DNA of 64,000 nucleotides from an uncultured Acidobacteriota bacterium (GCA_913043225.1 CAJWLU010000001.1:128001-192000); one strand, 5' to 3'. Shown: positions 9,489-20,035, counted from the stretch's first letter. The notes: generated by a model from the letters alone, not told the origin. Translations and numbers: made by a program.

Positions 9489-10724
9489 ATGCGATACGCG
9501 GCGACCGGAGTGATGATAACAGCGCTTGCAGTTGGTGGAGCGATGCCGGCCCTGTCCCAAGACGCGGGCGACTACCCTCAGTGGCGTGGGCCGAACCGTG
9601 ACGGCGCGGCGGCCGGCTTCGCCGCACCCACCAACTGGCCCCGCCGTCTCACCGAGCACTGGCAGGTCGAGACCGGGCGCGGCTATGCCACCCCGATCCT
9701 GATCGGTAACCGAGTGTTCACTTTTGGTCGCATCGATACCGACGAGGTGGCGATGGCGCTCGACGCCGGAACCGGCGCGGTCGAATGGCGCACCGCCTAC
9801 AACGCGCCCTATCGACAGAACGCCGGCACCCAGCGCCATGGGCCAGGCCCGAAATCGACGCCGCTGTACCACGATGGTCGACTGTTCACGCTCGGTATCA
9901 ACGGCGTGGTCTCGGCTTTCGACGCGGACACGGGAGCGCTGCTCTGGCAGAAGCCGGCGCAGTCGAGCGAGCCCCTCTACGCGACCTCGCTCTCGCCCGT
10001 CGCCGATGGCACCCGCGTCATTCTGCACGTGGGCGGTCATGACGACGGCGCGCTGACTGCGTATACCGCCGACACCGGCGCGGTAGCCTGGGAATGGCGA
10101 GGTGACGGACCGGCCTACGCGTCGCCGATGGTCGCCCTACTGAACGGAGTCCGACAGGTAGTGACCGTCACCCAGACCAAGGTGGTCGGCGTCGACGCAA
10201 ACGACGGGCAGCTGCTGTGGGAGCGGCCCTGGGTATCTCGTTCAACCAATAACTCCATCACCCCGATCATCGACGGTAACGAGGTAATCGTGACCGGGCA
10301 CGAACTGGGCGTCATTCGATTCCGGCCCCTGCAGGTCAACGACCGCTGGACCACCGAAACGATCTGGCAGACCGACGACGTGTCGATGTTCATGAGCAAC
10401 CCGGTGCTGTCTGGCGATACCCTGTATGGCATGTCGCACCTACGGGCCGGCCAGTTCTTCGCCCTCGACGCCGCGAGCGGTGAAACGCTGTGGCGAACCG
10501 AAGGCCGCGAGGCCACCAACTCGTCGGTGGTGATGGCCGACGATCTATTGTTCCTGCTCAACAACGACGGCGATCTGGTCGTCGCACGCACCGACCGGGA
10601 CGGCTTCAGCCAGATCACTCGCTACGAAGTAGCCGAGAGTGCTACCTGGGCGCAGCCGGCCATCTCCGGCAACCGACTGTTCATCAAGGACGAGGCGCAC
10701 GTCACGCTGTGGACGATCAACTGA
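9489..10724 (+). CDS. Exported PQQ-binding-like (BamB-like) beta-propeller protein
   Basis: AGGAG RBS, signal peptide, YPQWRGPNRDG, repeated ALDAxTGxxxW, GPKSTP, YASP, TWAQPAIS. Confidence 0.85.
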   Translation: MRYAATGVMITALAVGGAMPALSQDAGDYPQWRGPNRDGAAAGFAAPTNWPRRLTEHWQVETGRGYATPILIGNRVFTFGRIDTDEVAMALDAGTGAVEWRTAYNAPYRQNAGTQRHGPGPKSTPLYHDGRLFTLGINGVVSAFDADTGALLWQKPAQSSEPLYATSLSPVADGTRVILHVGGHDDGALTAYTADTGAVAWEWRGDGPAYASPMVALLNGVRQVVTVTQTKVVGVDANDGQLLWERPWVSRSTNNSITPIIDGNEVIVTGHELGVIRFRPLQVNDRWTTETIWQTDDVSMFMSNPVLSGDTLYGMSHLRAGQFFALDAASGETLWRTEGREATNSSVVMADDLLFLLNNDGDLVVARTDRDGFSQITRYEVAESATWAQPAISGNRLFIKDEAHVTLWTIN

Positions 10725-10738
10725 ACCAGGACACGCCC

Positions 10739-12058
10739 GTCATCAAACGCAGATCGATCGCGTGGGTCCGTCCCGGCTGGCTGCTGGGCGGCGCGGCGAG
10801 CCTGCTGGGTGTGATCTGCCTGACGGTGGGCCTCGATGGCCAACGCGGCGGCGTCTTCCGGGAATCGCGCGACCATCCGGCCATCCGCTACACCGACGGC
10901 ACCACGACCGACGAGGTTACCCGACTCGCCGAGTCCCTCGCGGCTGGCACCACGACACTCGACTTCACAGAACGGACCGGCTACCTCTCTGCCCTACTCC
11001 AGGCCCTAAAGATACCGATAGAGTCGCAGGTCACGGTCTTCTCCGACACCAGCTTTCAGGCCGACCAGATCGACCCTGAGAATCCGCGCGCGATCTACTT
11101 CAACGACACAGTGGCGGTGGGCTGGGTGCGCGGAACCGACGTGCTGGAGATCGCGGCCCTAGACCCCACCCAGGGGGTGCTGTTCTTCTCTCTGCCGCAA
11201 GAACCATCGGCGCCACCCGAGATCACGCGGACCGAGGTCTGTCTGGCCTGCCACCTGTCCTGGGACACGCTCGGTGTCCCCGGGTTGATGACCATCAACA
11301 CCTTGCCGATGCCGGACGACCCGAACGCCTACGCAGTCGGCTGGACCACCGACCACCGCACCCCTCTGGCCGAACGGTGGGGTAGCTGGTATGTCACCGG
11401 CGCGCCCGAGGCTATCCGCCATCTGGGTAACTCGACCGAGCCGATTGACTACGTGCCCGGCGACGTACCCCCGGCGCCGCCCGTTCTTGACACGCTGGAC
11501 GGACTCTTCGACCTGGACGGGTTCCCGACCCCCTACAGCGACATCGTGGCGCTGATGGTGCTCGAGCATCGCAACCACATGAGCAACCTGCTCGTCCGCA
11601 TCGGCTGGGAAGCACGGGTGCTGGCGCACCAAGCAGGTGCCGCGAGGAGCGGCGACAGCGGGATCGACCTCGCAGATACGGCCGAAGAGCTGGTGGATTA
11701 CCTATTGTTCGTGGACGAGGCGCCGCTGCCAGCTCCCATCACTGGTGGGTCTGGTTACGCCGAGCGCTATTCAGCGCTCGGCCCGTTCGACAGCCAGGAC
11801 CGGTCGCTGCACCAATTGGACCTCAAGCAACGGCTGCTAAAGTACCCGGCCAGCCCGCTCATCTACACCGAAGCGTTCGACGCACTGCCGGCACCGGCTC
11901 GAGATGCCATCTATCGTCGGATGTGGACGGTGCTCTCGGGGGCGGCGACCGAACCCCGCTACCAGCGCCTCAACCGCGACAACCGCCAGGCGATCGTCGA
12001 GATCCTCCGCGACACCAAACCGGCCCTGCCCGAGTACTTTGGCGGGACGGTCGGCTAA
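10739..12058 (+). CDS. Exported hypothetical protein with one CxxCH (putative c-type heme); start uncertain
   Basis: CLACH, NPRAIYFND, ERWGSWYVTG, SDIVALMVLEH; no ATG near the apparent signal peptide. Confidence 0.7.
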   Translation, partial: VIKRRSIAWVRPGWLLGGAASLLGVICLTVGLDGQRGGVFRESRDHPAIRYTDGTTTDEVTRLAESLAAGTTTLDFTERTGYLSALLQALKIPIESQVTVFSDTSFQADQIDPENPRAIYFNDTVAVGWVRGTDVLEIAALDPTQGVLFFSLPQEPSAPPEITRTEVCLACHLSWDTLGVPGLMTINTLPMPDDPNAYAVGWTTDHRTPLAERWGSWYVTGAPEAIRHLGNSTEPIDYVPGDVPPAPPVLDTLDGLFDLDGFPTPYSDIVALMVLEHRNHMSNLLVRIGWEARVLAHQAGAARSGDSGIDLADTAEELVDYLLFVDEAPLPAPITGGSGYAERYSALGPFDSQDRSLHQLDLKQRLLKYPASPLIYTEAFDALPAPARDAIYRRMWTVLSGAATEPRYQRLNRDNRQAIVEILRDTKPALPEYFGGTVG

Positions 12059-12711
12059 CCGGTCAAATCCAGCTGATTGAGACCGGCAACCAGCTGCACC
12101 TCACGCTCAGTGCGCTCACCGCCGTAGAGGACTACGACCGTATACGTGCCTGGAACCACACCGTCGAGACTGAAGCTGCCGTCGGCCTCAGCCATCACGA
12201 AGTACGGCGTGTCGAAGGCCAGGATGTCGGCGAACATCTCGGTGTGGGTGTTGCAGATCACGACGTACTCTCCCGGTTTTTCCACCAGAAAGTCGTAGCG
12301 GCTGCCATTGATGGTCGCCACGTTGATGAGGGACTCGCCCGCCTCGTCCTTCACATGCACCGTATGCAGGTCGTCTTCGCTGTTGGTGAAACGGACGGTC
12401 TGCCCAGCCTGCACCATGAGGAAATCGGGGATAAAGAGACGCCCATACTGGTCGATGACCGGCACCTCCTCGGACACGGGCTCATCGAGCTCGGCGTGCG
12501 GTTCGAGCGCGATAATGGAACGTACCATCCCGCGGGCCGGCAGGGCGATCCCCGCGATCCGGGCGGCGCCGTCGTCCTCGACCGAAGCGTCGCCGGTGTC
12601 GGGAGGAATCTCGACGGGCGGCGGAGTCTCGGACGGCGCCGCGCCACCACAGGCCACGATGGCCGACAGCAACAACGACAGGAGTGCATGCAAGGCGCGT
12701 ACGGCGGACAT
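12055..12711 (-). CDS. Cupredoxin-domain lipoprotein with carboxypeptidase-regulatory-like C-terminal domain
   Basis: Lipobox IVA-C; type-1 Cu ligand pattern HTVH...CNTHTEM; GQTVRFTNS; GSFSLDGVVPGTY. Confidence 0.75.
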   Translation of the reverse strand: MSAVRALHALLSLLLSAIVACGGAAPSETPPPVEIPPDTGDASVEDDGAARIAGIALPARGMVRSIIALEPHAELDEPVSEEVPVIDQYGRLFIPDFLMVQAGQTVRFTNSEDDLHTVHVKDEAGESLINVATINGSRYDFLVEKPGEYVVICNTHTEMFADILAFDTPYFVMAEADGSFSLDGVVPGTYTVVVLYGGERTEREVQLVAGLNQLDLTG

Positions 12712-12828
12712 TGAGCGGCGATCGTACCAAAACAGCCCGGTCTCTGGCGACAGCACGCCCACCCACCGGCGCTATAATCGCCGCCTCGACCCCACAGCAC
12801 CAGTTCTCTTCCAGGAGCAGGCCAGCCC

Positions 12829-13860
12829 ATGACCCGCAGACCTAGACGTACCGTGACCTCGGTCCATTTTCGCGCCACCTTGGCGTTCACGCTCGTTGCG
12901 GTACTGACGGCGACGATTACCGCTCAGGAGCGTCCCGAGATTCGGACGAAGACGGACTTCCTGCGAGCCATGGAGGAGCTCTCGAACTGGGGCCGATGGG
13001 GCGCCGACGACGAACTGGGTGCGGCCAATCTCATCACGCTCGAAAAGCGCAAAGCTGCCGCGTCACTGGTCACAGAAGGTATCAGCATCTCGCTGGCGCA
13101 CGACGTCATCGAGGAGGACGCGGTCGATGGCGGTACCTACCTGGACCGGGAGGTGACCCGCGTGGGCCCGTCCGGGGCCGCCGACCGCTATCGATATACC
13201 GGCACCTATCACGGCACCATCCACAGCCACCTCGACTCGGTGGCCTGCCACGTGATGTACGACGGCCAAGGCTACAACGGCTACACGCAAGCGTCGATCG
13301 AGGAAGCCGGTCTATGCCCCCAGGGCAGCATCCACGCCTTGCGCGACGGCATCGTGACCCGTGGCGTGCTGTTCGACGCCACGCTCCTCCCAGGTAAGAC
13401 CACCCCAGAGGGCTGGGTGGTGCCCGGCACGGAGATCACCTGGGCCGACCTCGAGGAGTTAGAGCGGATCCAGGGCGTCAGGGTGTCGGAGGGAGACGTC
13501 ATCCTCCTCTACACCGGACGGTGGAAGCGTCGCGAGGCGCTCGGTGCCTGGCCCACCTCCGAGGGCGTGGCCGGATTCCAGGCCGACGTCGCCTACTTCC
13601 TGAAGGAACGGGGTGTAGCCTTCATCGGCCACGACATGTTCAACGATGTCTCGCCGCACGGGTTCCCGCCAGAAGTTGGCCTCCCGCTGCACCGGCTGGC
13701 GCTTGTCTCTCTGGGCGTGTCGATCTTCGACAACCTCGACTTTGAGCGGCTCGCGGAGAAAGCGCGACAACTCGGGCGCTACGAGTTCATGTTCACCGCT
13801 GCGCCGCTGCGGATCCGAGGTGGCATGGGGTCGCCGCTTAACCCGATTGCCACATTTTGA
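12829..13860 (+). CDS. Cyclase family (kynurenine-formamidase-like) metallohydrolase, exported
   Basis: NWGRWGADDELGAAN, HSHLDSVACH, GIVTRGVLFD, GDVILLYTG, GSPLNPIA. Confidence 0.85.
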   Translation: MTRRPRRTVTSVHFRATLAFTLVAVLTATITAQERPEIRTKTDFLRAMEELSNWGRWGADDELGAANLITLEKRKAAASLVTEGISISLAHDVIEEDAVDGGTYLDREVTRVGPSGAADRYRYTGTYHGTIHSHLDSVACHVMYDGQGYNGYTQASIEEAGLCPQGSIHALRDGIVTRGVLFDATLLPGKTTPEGWVVPGTEITWADLEELERIQGVRVSEGDVILLYTGRWKRREALGAWPTSEGVAGFQADVAYFLKERGVAFIGHDMFNDVSPHGFPPEVGLPLHRLALVSLGVSIFDNLDFERLAEKARQLGRYEFMFTAAPLRIRGGMGSPLNPIATF

Positions 13861-13935
13861 CGGGGTCGCGGCGGCGGTTCGCACGATAATTAGCCATTCC
13901 GTTTCCGCTGAGCTCATTTGGCGAGGAGGTGCTCG

Positions 13936-15141
13936 ATGTCGTACCTGAAGCAGTTCGGACCCATGCCGGCGCTCACGCTGCTGGCGATTGCGGCGGCGTG
14001 CGGCGGCGGGTCTGGACCAACGGAAGCTCCGGCCGAGGCTCAGGCTGGCTCCACGGCACCAGGCATGAACGGGCCTCAGGTGCCGATGTTCGCCGTCGAC
14101 CCGCTCTGGCCGAAGCCGCTGCCGAACCACTGGCTGCTCGGCTCCACCATCGGGGTGGACGTGGACGCCCAGGATCACGTCTGGATCGTGCACCGCGGCA
14201 ACCTGGCCAACAACGAGACGCCAGTACTGGCCGAGCCACCCTTCGCCGAGGAGTGCTGCCGGCCGGCACCGCCAGTCCTCGAATACGATCCCGAGGGCAA
14301 CCTCGTCGGCCACTGGGGCGGCCCGGGCGACGGCTACGACTGGCCGATCTCGAACCACGGCATCACCGTGGACCACATGGACAACGTGTGGATCGGGGGA
14401 AACGGCGGCGGCGACAGCCACGCGCTGAAGTTCAGCCGAAGCGGTCAGTTCCTACTGCAGATCGGCGTGGCCGGACGCCCGGTCGACAGCCTCAGCACCA
14501 ACAGCTATGGACGGATCGCCAAGATCGCTGTCGACCCGGAGGAGAACGAGATCTACTTCGCCGATGGCTATGGAAACCGCCGCGTGGCGGTAGTCGACGC
14601 CGACTCAGGTGAGCTGAAGCGGTTCTGGGGCGCCTACGGCAACGAACCGGACGACGACTACAACGAACGGTATGTCCCGGGCGGCGAGAACCTGCAGCAG
14701 TTCCTCAGTCCGGTGCACTGCGCCGAAGTATCGGCCGACGGGCTGATCTACGTCTGCGACCGCGCCCACGACCGGATCCAGGTCTTCCAGAAGGACGGCA
14801 CCTACGTGGACGAAATGCTGGTGATGCCCAACACCACCGGCTCTGGCGCCGCCTGGGACCTTGACTTCTCACACGACGCCGACCAGGCGTTCATGTATCT
14901 GGCCGACGGAGTGAACCAGCGGGTGCACATCATCGACCGGATGACCCTCGAGGTGGCAACCAGCTTCGGTGACGGCGGACGCCAGCCGGGTCAGTTCTTC
15001 GGCACCCACAGCATCGCCGTCGACTCGCAGGGCAACATCTACACAACCGAGACCTACGAAGGAAAACGGGTCCAGAAGTTCACCTTCATGGGCATGGGTC
15101 CGGTGCCGAGCGAGTATCAAGGCGTGGTGTGGCCGAAATAG
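13936..15141 (+). CDS. NHL-repeat beta-propeller lipoprotein (PAL-like)
   Basis: GAGGAGG RBS; lipobox AAA-C; VDPLWPKPLP, HGITVD, ADGYGNRR, YVCDR, HSIAVDSQGNIY. Confidence 0.85.
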   Translation: MSYLKQFGPMPALTLLAIAAACGGGSGPTEAPAEAQAGSTAPGMNGPQVPMFAVDPLWPKPLPNHWLLGSTIGVDVDAQDHVWIVHRGNLANNETPVLAEPPFAEECCRPAPPVLEYDPEGNLVGHWGGPGDGYDWPISNHGITVDHMDNVWIGGNGGGDSHALKFSRSGQFLLQIGVAGRPVDSLSTNSYGRIAKIAVDPEENEIYFADGYGNRRVAVVDADSGELKRFWGAYGNEPDDDYNERYVPGGENLQQFLSPVHCAEVSADGLIYVCDRAHDRIQVFQKDGTYVDEMLVMPNTTGSGAAWDLDFSHDADQAFMYLADGVNQRVHIIDRMTLEVATSFGDGGRQPGQFFGTHSIAVDSQGNIYTTETYEGKRVQKFTFMGMGPVPSEYQGVVWPK

Positions 15142-15164
15142 ACGCGACCGAAAGTATGCCTGTC

Positions 15165-15192
15165 GGCTTACGGCTCTGGGCTTCAGGCTTTG
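15165..15192 (+). repeat. Degenerate heptamer repeat (GGCTNNN)x4
   Basis: GGCTTAC-GGCTCTG-GGCTTCA-GGCTTTG between convergent genes. Confidence 0.55.
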
Positions 15193-15204
15193 AGCCGCGC
15201 GAGG

Positions 15205-16194
15205 TCAGGGACTGTCGCTTGCCTCTTGCACCCTGGCACCAATGAGGAGATTCGTCATCCCGTAGTTGCCTTCGTGGCAGGCGTACTCGAAGAGCGGCGC
15301 GTTGGTCCGCTTCATGGGAATGGTGGCGGTGAACGACGCCACGAACGTCTTAGGGTCGTCTACGGTGAACTGATACATCAAAGTGTCGTCGTCCACCCGG
15401 GTGAACCGCTCGACCAAGTCGAGCGTGGTCCCTGAACCGTAGCTCGAGACGATGGTGTAGAAGCTGCCGGTCTTGTCCGTGTAGCCAGTACTCTCAACCA
15501 CCAAGGTGTCCCCCTCCCAGCGTCCACGTCCGTCGCCCATCCACTGCCGCATGTGGTCCGGGAGCGGTTGACGTCCATCGAGCGGCACGATCCTGGCCTC
15601 GTGAATCATCTCGCTGACGATCACCACATGATCCTCGGTCTGAAACAGCTGCACGTTGTTGTTGTAGGCGCTCGGCAACATCGGCGGTCCCGAGTTGAAC
15701 CCGAGCATGCAGCGCTCCGACAACCCCAGGTCCTCGGGGCCATGCGCGGGTGACCCGACCAACACCCGTCCACGCACGGGCCGCAGCCCGTTCTCTCGTT
15801 GCGCAGTCATCCAGGCCTGAGCCTCAGGTGTCAGAGCCGGGATCCGCCCGTCTGGAGGATCGACAATGAGCGAAGTCCGCATGTCGTCGGTCAGGTCGTT
15901 GCCCCAGTCCCACCAGAAATCGTTGTAGGCCCGCTCTACGTCGCGCGCCGCCCCTCCGTCGCGACGGTCGGCGTTCCTGCCCTCGATCGCCTGCTGCTGG
16001 AACACAGCCGCCTCCTCGGGAGTCAACGTCGCCTTGTCGAGACCCGTCGGCCGTTCAAGCGGGGTGATGGTCCGAAAATCCCAGACCCCATTCAGGTCGG
16101 GCATCCCCCAGGACGTGCGGGGTACAACGTCCTGCGCTCCCGCCACGCTCGCCAACACCAGCAACACCGCCGCACAGATTCCCAATCGCACCAT
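15205..16194 (-). CDS. Exported conserved hypothetical protein, 'PDLxGxW...EYACHEGN' family (copy 1)
   Basis: GGAGG RBS, signal peptide; PDLNGVW, SLIVDPPDGRIP, ERC, GRWEGDTLVV, ERFTR, FEYACHEGNY. Confidence 0.85.
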   Translation of the reverse strand: MVRLGICAAVLLVLASVAGAQDVVPRTSWGMPDLNGVWDFRTITPLERPTGLDKATLTPEEAAVFQQQAIEGRNADRRDGGAARDVERAYNDFWWDWGNDLTDDMRTSLIVDPPDGRIPALTPEAQAWMTAQRENGLRPVRGRVLVGSPAHGPEDLGLSERCMLGFNSGPPMLPSAYNNNVQLFQTEDHVVIVSEMIHEARIVPLDGRQPLPDHMRQWMGDGRGRWEGDTLVVESTGYTDKTGSFYTIVSSYGSGTTLDLVERFTRVDDDTLMYQFTVDDPKTFVASFTATIPMKRTNAPLFEYACHEGNYGMTNLLIGARVQEASDSP

Positions 16195-16229
16195 GACCAC
16201 CTCCGCTAAAGACAGCGACGCCGCCAGGT

Positions 16230-17555
16230 TCAGTCCTCAAACAGCGCAAGATCGACCGCCTGGGCCATCACCCGATAGCCCTCGTCGCTTGGATGCAGCC
16301 AGTCGCCCGACTGATATGACTCGACCATCTTGCTAGGTGCTGCCGCATCCCTCACCGCGGCGTCGAAGTCGATCACCCCGTCATAGACACCGGACGTGCG
16401 CATCCACTCGTTGAAGGCCTGCCGCTTCTTCTCACCAATCGGACGGAAGTAAAACGCCCCCTCGAAGGGTGCGAGCGTGCCACCGTAGATCTTCAGACCG
16501 CGCGCATGGGCCCGCTCGACCAATTCGGTGTGACCCGCGACGATCTCCTCCACCGTCGGCGTCTCCGACTCGAACGCCATCCCGATGTCATTAGTTGACT
16601 CCAGCACGATGACGTGTGTCACGCCAGGCTGTGACAGCACATCGCGGTCGAAGCGCTTCAGAGCGGCTGGACCAAACTGGGCGTTCGGGTTCGCCAGCGG
16701 CGCATTGGCGTTGCCCAGCAACTGCGCGAGGCCGGCGTTATCGCTGAGCACCCGGTTCCCGGCGATTCCCAGATTCAACACCGCTGGCGGTGTGTTGCCG
16801 GGACGCGCGATGAGCCGCCGGGCCAGGAAGTCTGGCCAGCGGCTGTTGGTGTCTGGTGTCGAGGCCGTGCCATCGGTGATCGAGTCGCCGAGGGCAACGA
16901 TGACCGGTGTCCCGGCGGCAGCCTCCACCTCGACCCGGGACAAATAGAACCAGTTCTGGAAGGTACGATCGACCGGCAGGGTACTGGCGCCCGCATGGTT
17001 CCCAGCCTTGGACAGGTAGTTGGTGGTGAGACCGGTTCCATGGACCGTCGCTCCACTCGGATCGGAGGTCGGAATTCCCGGCAGATACAGGTCGACCGCC
17101 AGGTCGCCGAGCGCCGGGACATCGAGCTCCACCGGATCACTGATGGCGACGTCGCCCGGCGGCACGGCAGTCGTGGGCTGACCGCCAAACTGGAGCGTCC
17201 GGGACGTTCCGGACACTAGCGCCGCTCCATCCGCCCGAAGCGCGACCTGTGCGGCGCCGATCTCCAGCGGCTGGCTCCCGAAGACGTTGGTGATGACCAC
17301 CCTCACTGCGGCTCCGCCGATACTAGTGCGCACGATTTGGCGCAATGTCTGCCCGTCGATCTCCATCTGGGCCGGTCCGGGTCTGGCTGGCGGAGTTCCG
17401 TCGGCTGGCGGTAGCGCCACCGGCGCGGTGGCCCAGGTACCTACCCACGCGGTCCCCTGCGCCTCCGCAGCGACGGGCTGCAGCCCCACCACAGCCACGA
17501 CAGCAACCGCCAGCGCCAATCGAGAACACCGTGAAGCGACTTTTCGGCTCAGCAT
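16230..17555 (-). CDS. Exported SGNH/GDSL hydrolase
   Basis: WVGTW, TLRQIV, ALGDSITDG, GIAGNRV, STNDIG, DWLHP catalytic blocks. Confidence 0.9.
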   Translation of the reverse strand: MLSRKVASRCSRLALAVAVVAVVGLQPVAAEAQGTAWVGTWATAPVALPPADGTPPARPGPAQMEIDGQTLRQIVRTSIGGAAVRVVITNVFGSQPLEIGAAQVALRADGAALVSGTSRTLQFGGQPTTAVPPGDVAISDPVELDVPALGDLAVDLYLPGIPTSDPSGATVHGTGLTTNYLSKAGNHAGASTLPVDRTFQNWFYLSRVEVEAAAGTPVIVALGDSITDGTASTPDTNSRWPDFLARRLIARPGNTPPAVLNLGIAGNRVLSDNAGLAQLLGNANAPLANPNAQFGPAALKRFDRDVLSQPGVTHVIVLESTNDIGMAFESETPTVEEIVAGHTELVERAHARGLKIYGGTLAPFEGAFYFRPIGEKKRQAFNEWMRTSGVYDGVIDFDAAVRDAAAPSKMVESYQSGDWLHPSDEGYRVMAQAVDLALFED

Positions 17556-17674
17556 CGGTCTACTCCCTCATCTACGCTCAGGCTGGCGTCTTCTGTCCAA
17601 GGACGCCGGGTGAAGGTCCTGCGTTGCTCCAACTTCGGCGAAACGAAATACGTCGGCTTGTTCTTCCTGTACAG

Positions 17675-17710
17675 AATAAGGGGACGGAGCCTGCACCCCG
17701 TCCCCTTATT
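17675..17710 (-). terminator. Intrinsic terminator-like hairpin (possibly bidirectional)
   Basis: Perfect 13-bp inverted repeat AATAAGGGGACGG/CCGTCCCCTTATT; extends to 15 bp on the minus strand through a G-U pair; T-rich tails on both strands. Confidence 0.65.
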
Positions 17711-18055
17711 TTCCCAGCATGACAGTGGTCCTGATCTGTAGCAAATTCCAGCCATGAACACCCCTCTCAACCAGAAAACGTCATCTGGCTGGATGGTGAT
17801 GCGCCCCGGCTTTCTCCAGCTCACCAGCGGCCGGTCGGTGGGCCTTGTAGGTGCGGGCAGCGTCGGGCGTATCTTCAAGGGGCGTCTGGCCCGGGTCCCC
17901 CCGGTATCGTAAGCTCGGATCTTAGTGGATACCTGCCGCTTCGGCCTGCTGCGTCGCCTCCTCGACCCCGTAACGGACGTACGCCTCGCCCTCGACGGTC
18001 ACCGTCGGGCCGACGGCCGCCCAGAGGTACAATCCTGAGGTTTCGGAGACGACAG

Positions 18056-20032
18056 ATGAGCAAACACATCGCCGCATGCCTGACTTTCAGCCTCGCCTTG
18101 ACGGCTGCCGACCAGACCCACGCCCAGCAGGGGGCGCCTGACGGCGAGTGGCCGACCTACGGCGGTGACCTGGGGCATACCCGCTATTCCGCCCTCGACC
18201 AGATCGACGCCGAGAACTTCAACGAGCTCGAACTGGCCTGGCAATTCAGCACCGAGAACCTGGGCCCTGGCCCCGAGTACATCTTCCAGTCAACACCGCT
18301 CATGGTCGACGACGTGCTCTATAGCACCGGTGGTACGCGACGCGCCGTGGTCGCCCTCGACGCCGGCACTGGGGAGTTGTTGTGGCTCCACCGGCTCAAC
18401 GAAGGGGAGCGCGGGGCCAGCGCCCCTCGGCGGCTGTCAGGACGAGGACTGACCCACTGGGATGACGGCGGCGACGGGGTCGTCTTCTATGTCACACCTG
18501 GCTACCAGCTCATCGGACTGAACGCCCAGACCGGGCGCCGGCTGGCCGGATTCGGCGAGAACGGACTGGTCGATCTCAAGCAGAACATGGATCAGGACCT
18601 GGGCCCGCTCGCCGAGGTGGGGCTGCACGCGGCCCCGATCATCGCCGACGGCGTCATCGTGATCGGCGCGGCCCATTTGGCGGGGGTAGCGCCGACGACC
18701 AAGGAGAAGCCGAAGGGTCACATCCGCGGCTATGACGCCCGGACGGGCGAGCGGAAGTGGATCTTCCACACGATCCCCGACGCCGACGAGTTCGGCAACG
18801 AGAGCTGGGGTGCCGACTCCTGGCGTTTTACCGGCTACACCGGCGTCTGGGGCCAGATGACCATGGACCCCGAGCTGGGCTACGTCTACCTGCCGGTGGA
18901 GATGCCGACCGGCGACCTGTATGGGGGCCACCGGCCGGGCGACAACCTGTTCGCTGACAGTATCGTGGCGCTCGACATCCAGACGGGCGAGCGCGTCTGG
19001 CACTTTCAGACGATCCACCACGACGTCTGGGACTTCGACCTGCCGAGCGCGCCGATCCTGGCCGACATCACCGTGGACGGCCGGGCCGTCAAGGCGGTGG
19101 CGCAGCCCTCCAAGCAGGGCTTCCTTTATGTCCTGGACCGCACCAACGGCGAACCGGTCTGGCCGATCGAGGAGCGCGCGGTGCCCCAGTCGGACGTGCC
19201 GGGCGAGATCACCTCGCCCACGCAGCCGTTCCCGACCAAGCCACCACCGTTCGACCGGCAAGGGGTCTCCCTCGACGACCTGATCGACTTCACGCCCGAA
19301 CTGCGGCAACGGGCCGAGGAGGCGATCCAGGGCTACCGCATCGGTCCACTCTACACGCCACCCTCGGTCGCCTCCTACGAGGGGACGCTGGGCACGCTGC
19401 ACCTCCCGGCGCTGACCGGCGGCAGCAACTGGCCCGGCGGCTCGCTCGACCCGGAGACCGGCATCTTCTACATCTACTCGAAGACCGAGATCAGCAACAT
19501 GGCTCTGGTCAGCAACCCCGAGCGCTCGAACATGGACTACATCATGGGGTTTGCGCGTCCGCCGGCGGGGAGCCCTCGGCGCGGTTTCGGCTTCGGCGGC
19601 CCGAACATCGACGGCCTCCCGGTCATCAGGCCACCGTATGGGCGCATCACCGCGATCGATCTGAACGTGGGCGAGATCGTGTGGCAGGTCGCGCACGGTG
19701 AGACGCCGGACAACATCAAGAACCACCCGCTGCTCGAAGGCATCGACGTGCCGCAGACCGGTGTCGCGAACGCCCGCATCGGCACCCTGGTCACCAAGAC
19801 CCTGGTGGTATCGGGTGACCCCGGGATGTTCACCGACGGGGAGGGTGAGCGGCGTTCGGCGCTTCGCGCCTACGACAAGGCCACGGGTGAAGAGGTCGGC
19901 GCGGTGCCGATCCCGGTACCGACCACCGGCGTGCCGATGACCTACATGCTCGACAGCGAGCAGTACATCGTGGCCGCCATCGCCGGCGGTGGCTTCGCGG
20001 GCGAGCTGTGGGCGTTCAAGGCACCCGAGTAG
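18056..20032 (+). CDS. PQQ-dependent dehydrogenase, glucose/quinate/shikimate family (soluble, exported; copy 1)
   Basis: EWPTYGGD, QSTPL, GHIRGYDARTG, GHRPGDNLF, WHFQTIHHDVWDFD, GGSNWPG, PPYGRITAIDL. Confidence 0.9.
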   Translation: MSKHIAACLTFSLALTAADQTHAQQGAPDGEWPTYGGDLGHTRYSALDQIDAENFNELELAWQFSTENLGPGPEYIFQSTPLMVDDVLYSTGGTRRAVVALDAGTGELLWLHRLNEGERGASAPRRLSGRGLTHWDDGGDGVVFYVTPGYQLIGLNAQTGRRLAGFGENGLVDLKQNMDQDLGPLAEVGLHAAPIIADGVIVIGAAHLAGVAPTTKEKPKGHIRGYDARTGERKWIFHTIPDADEFGNESWGADSWRFTGYTGVWGQMTMDPELGYVYLPVEMPTGDLYGGHRPGDNLFADSIVALDIQTGERVWHFQTIHHDVWDFDLPSAPILADITVDGRAVKAVAQPSKQGFLYVLDRTNGEPVWPIEERAVPQSDVPGEITSPTQPFPTKPPPFDRQGVSLDDLIDFTPELRQRAEEAIQGYRIGPLYTPPSVASYEGTLGTLHLPALTGGSNWPGGSLDPETGIFYIYSKTEISNMALVSNPERSNMDYIMGFARPPAGSPRRGFGFGGPNIDGLPVIRPPYGRITAIDLNVGEIVWQVAHGETPDNIKNHPLLEGIDVPQTGVANARIGTLVTKTLVVSGDPGMFTDGEGERRSALRAYDKATGEEVGAVPIPVPTTGVPMTYMLDSEQYIVAAIAGGGFAGELWAFKAPE

Positions 20033-20035
20033 ACG

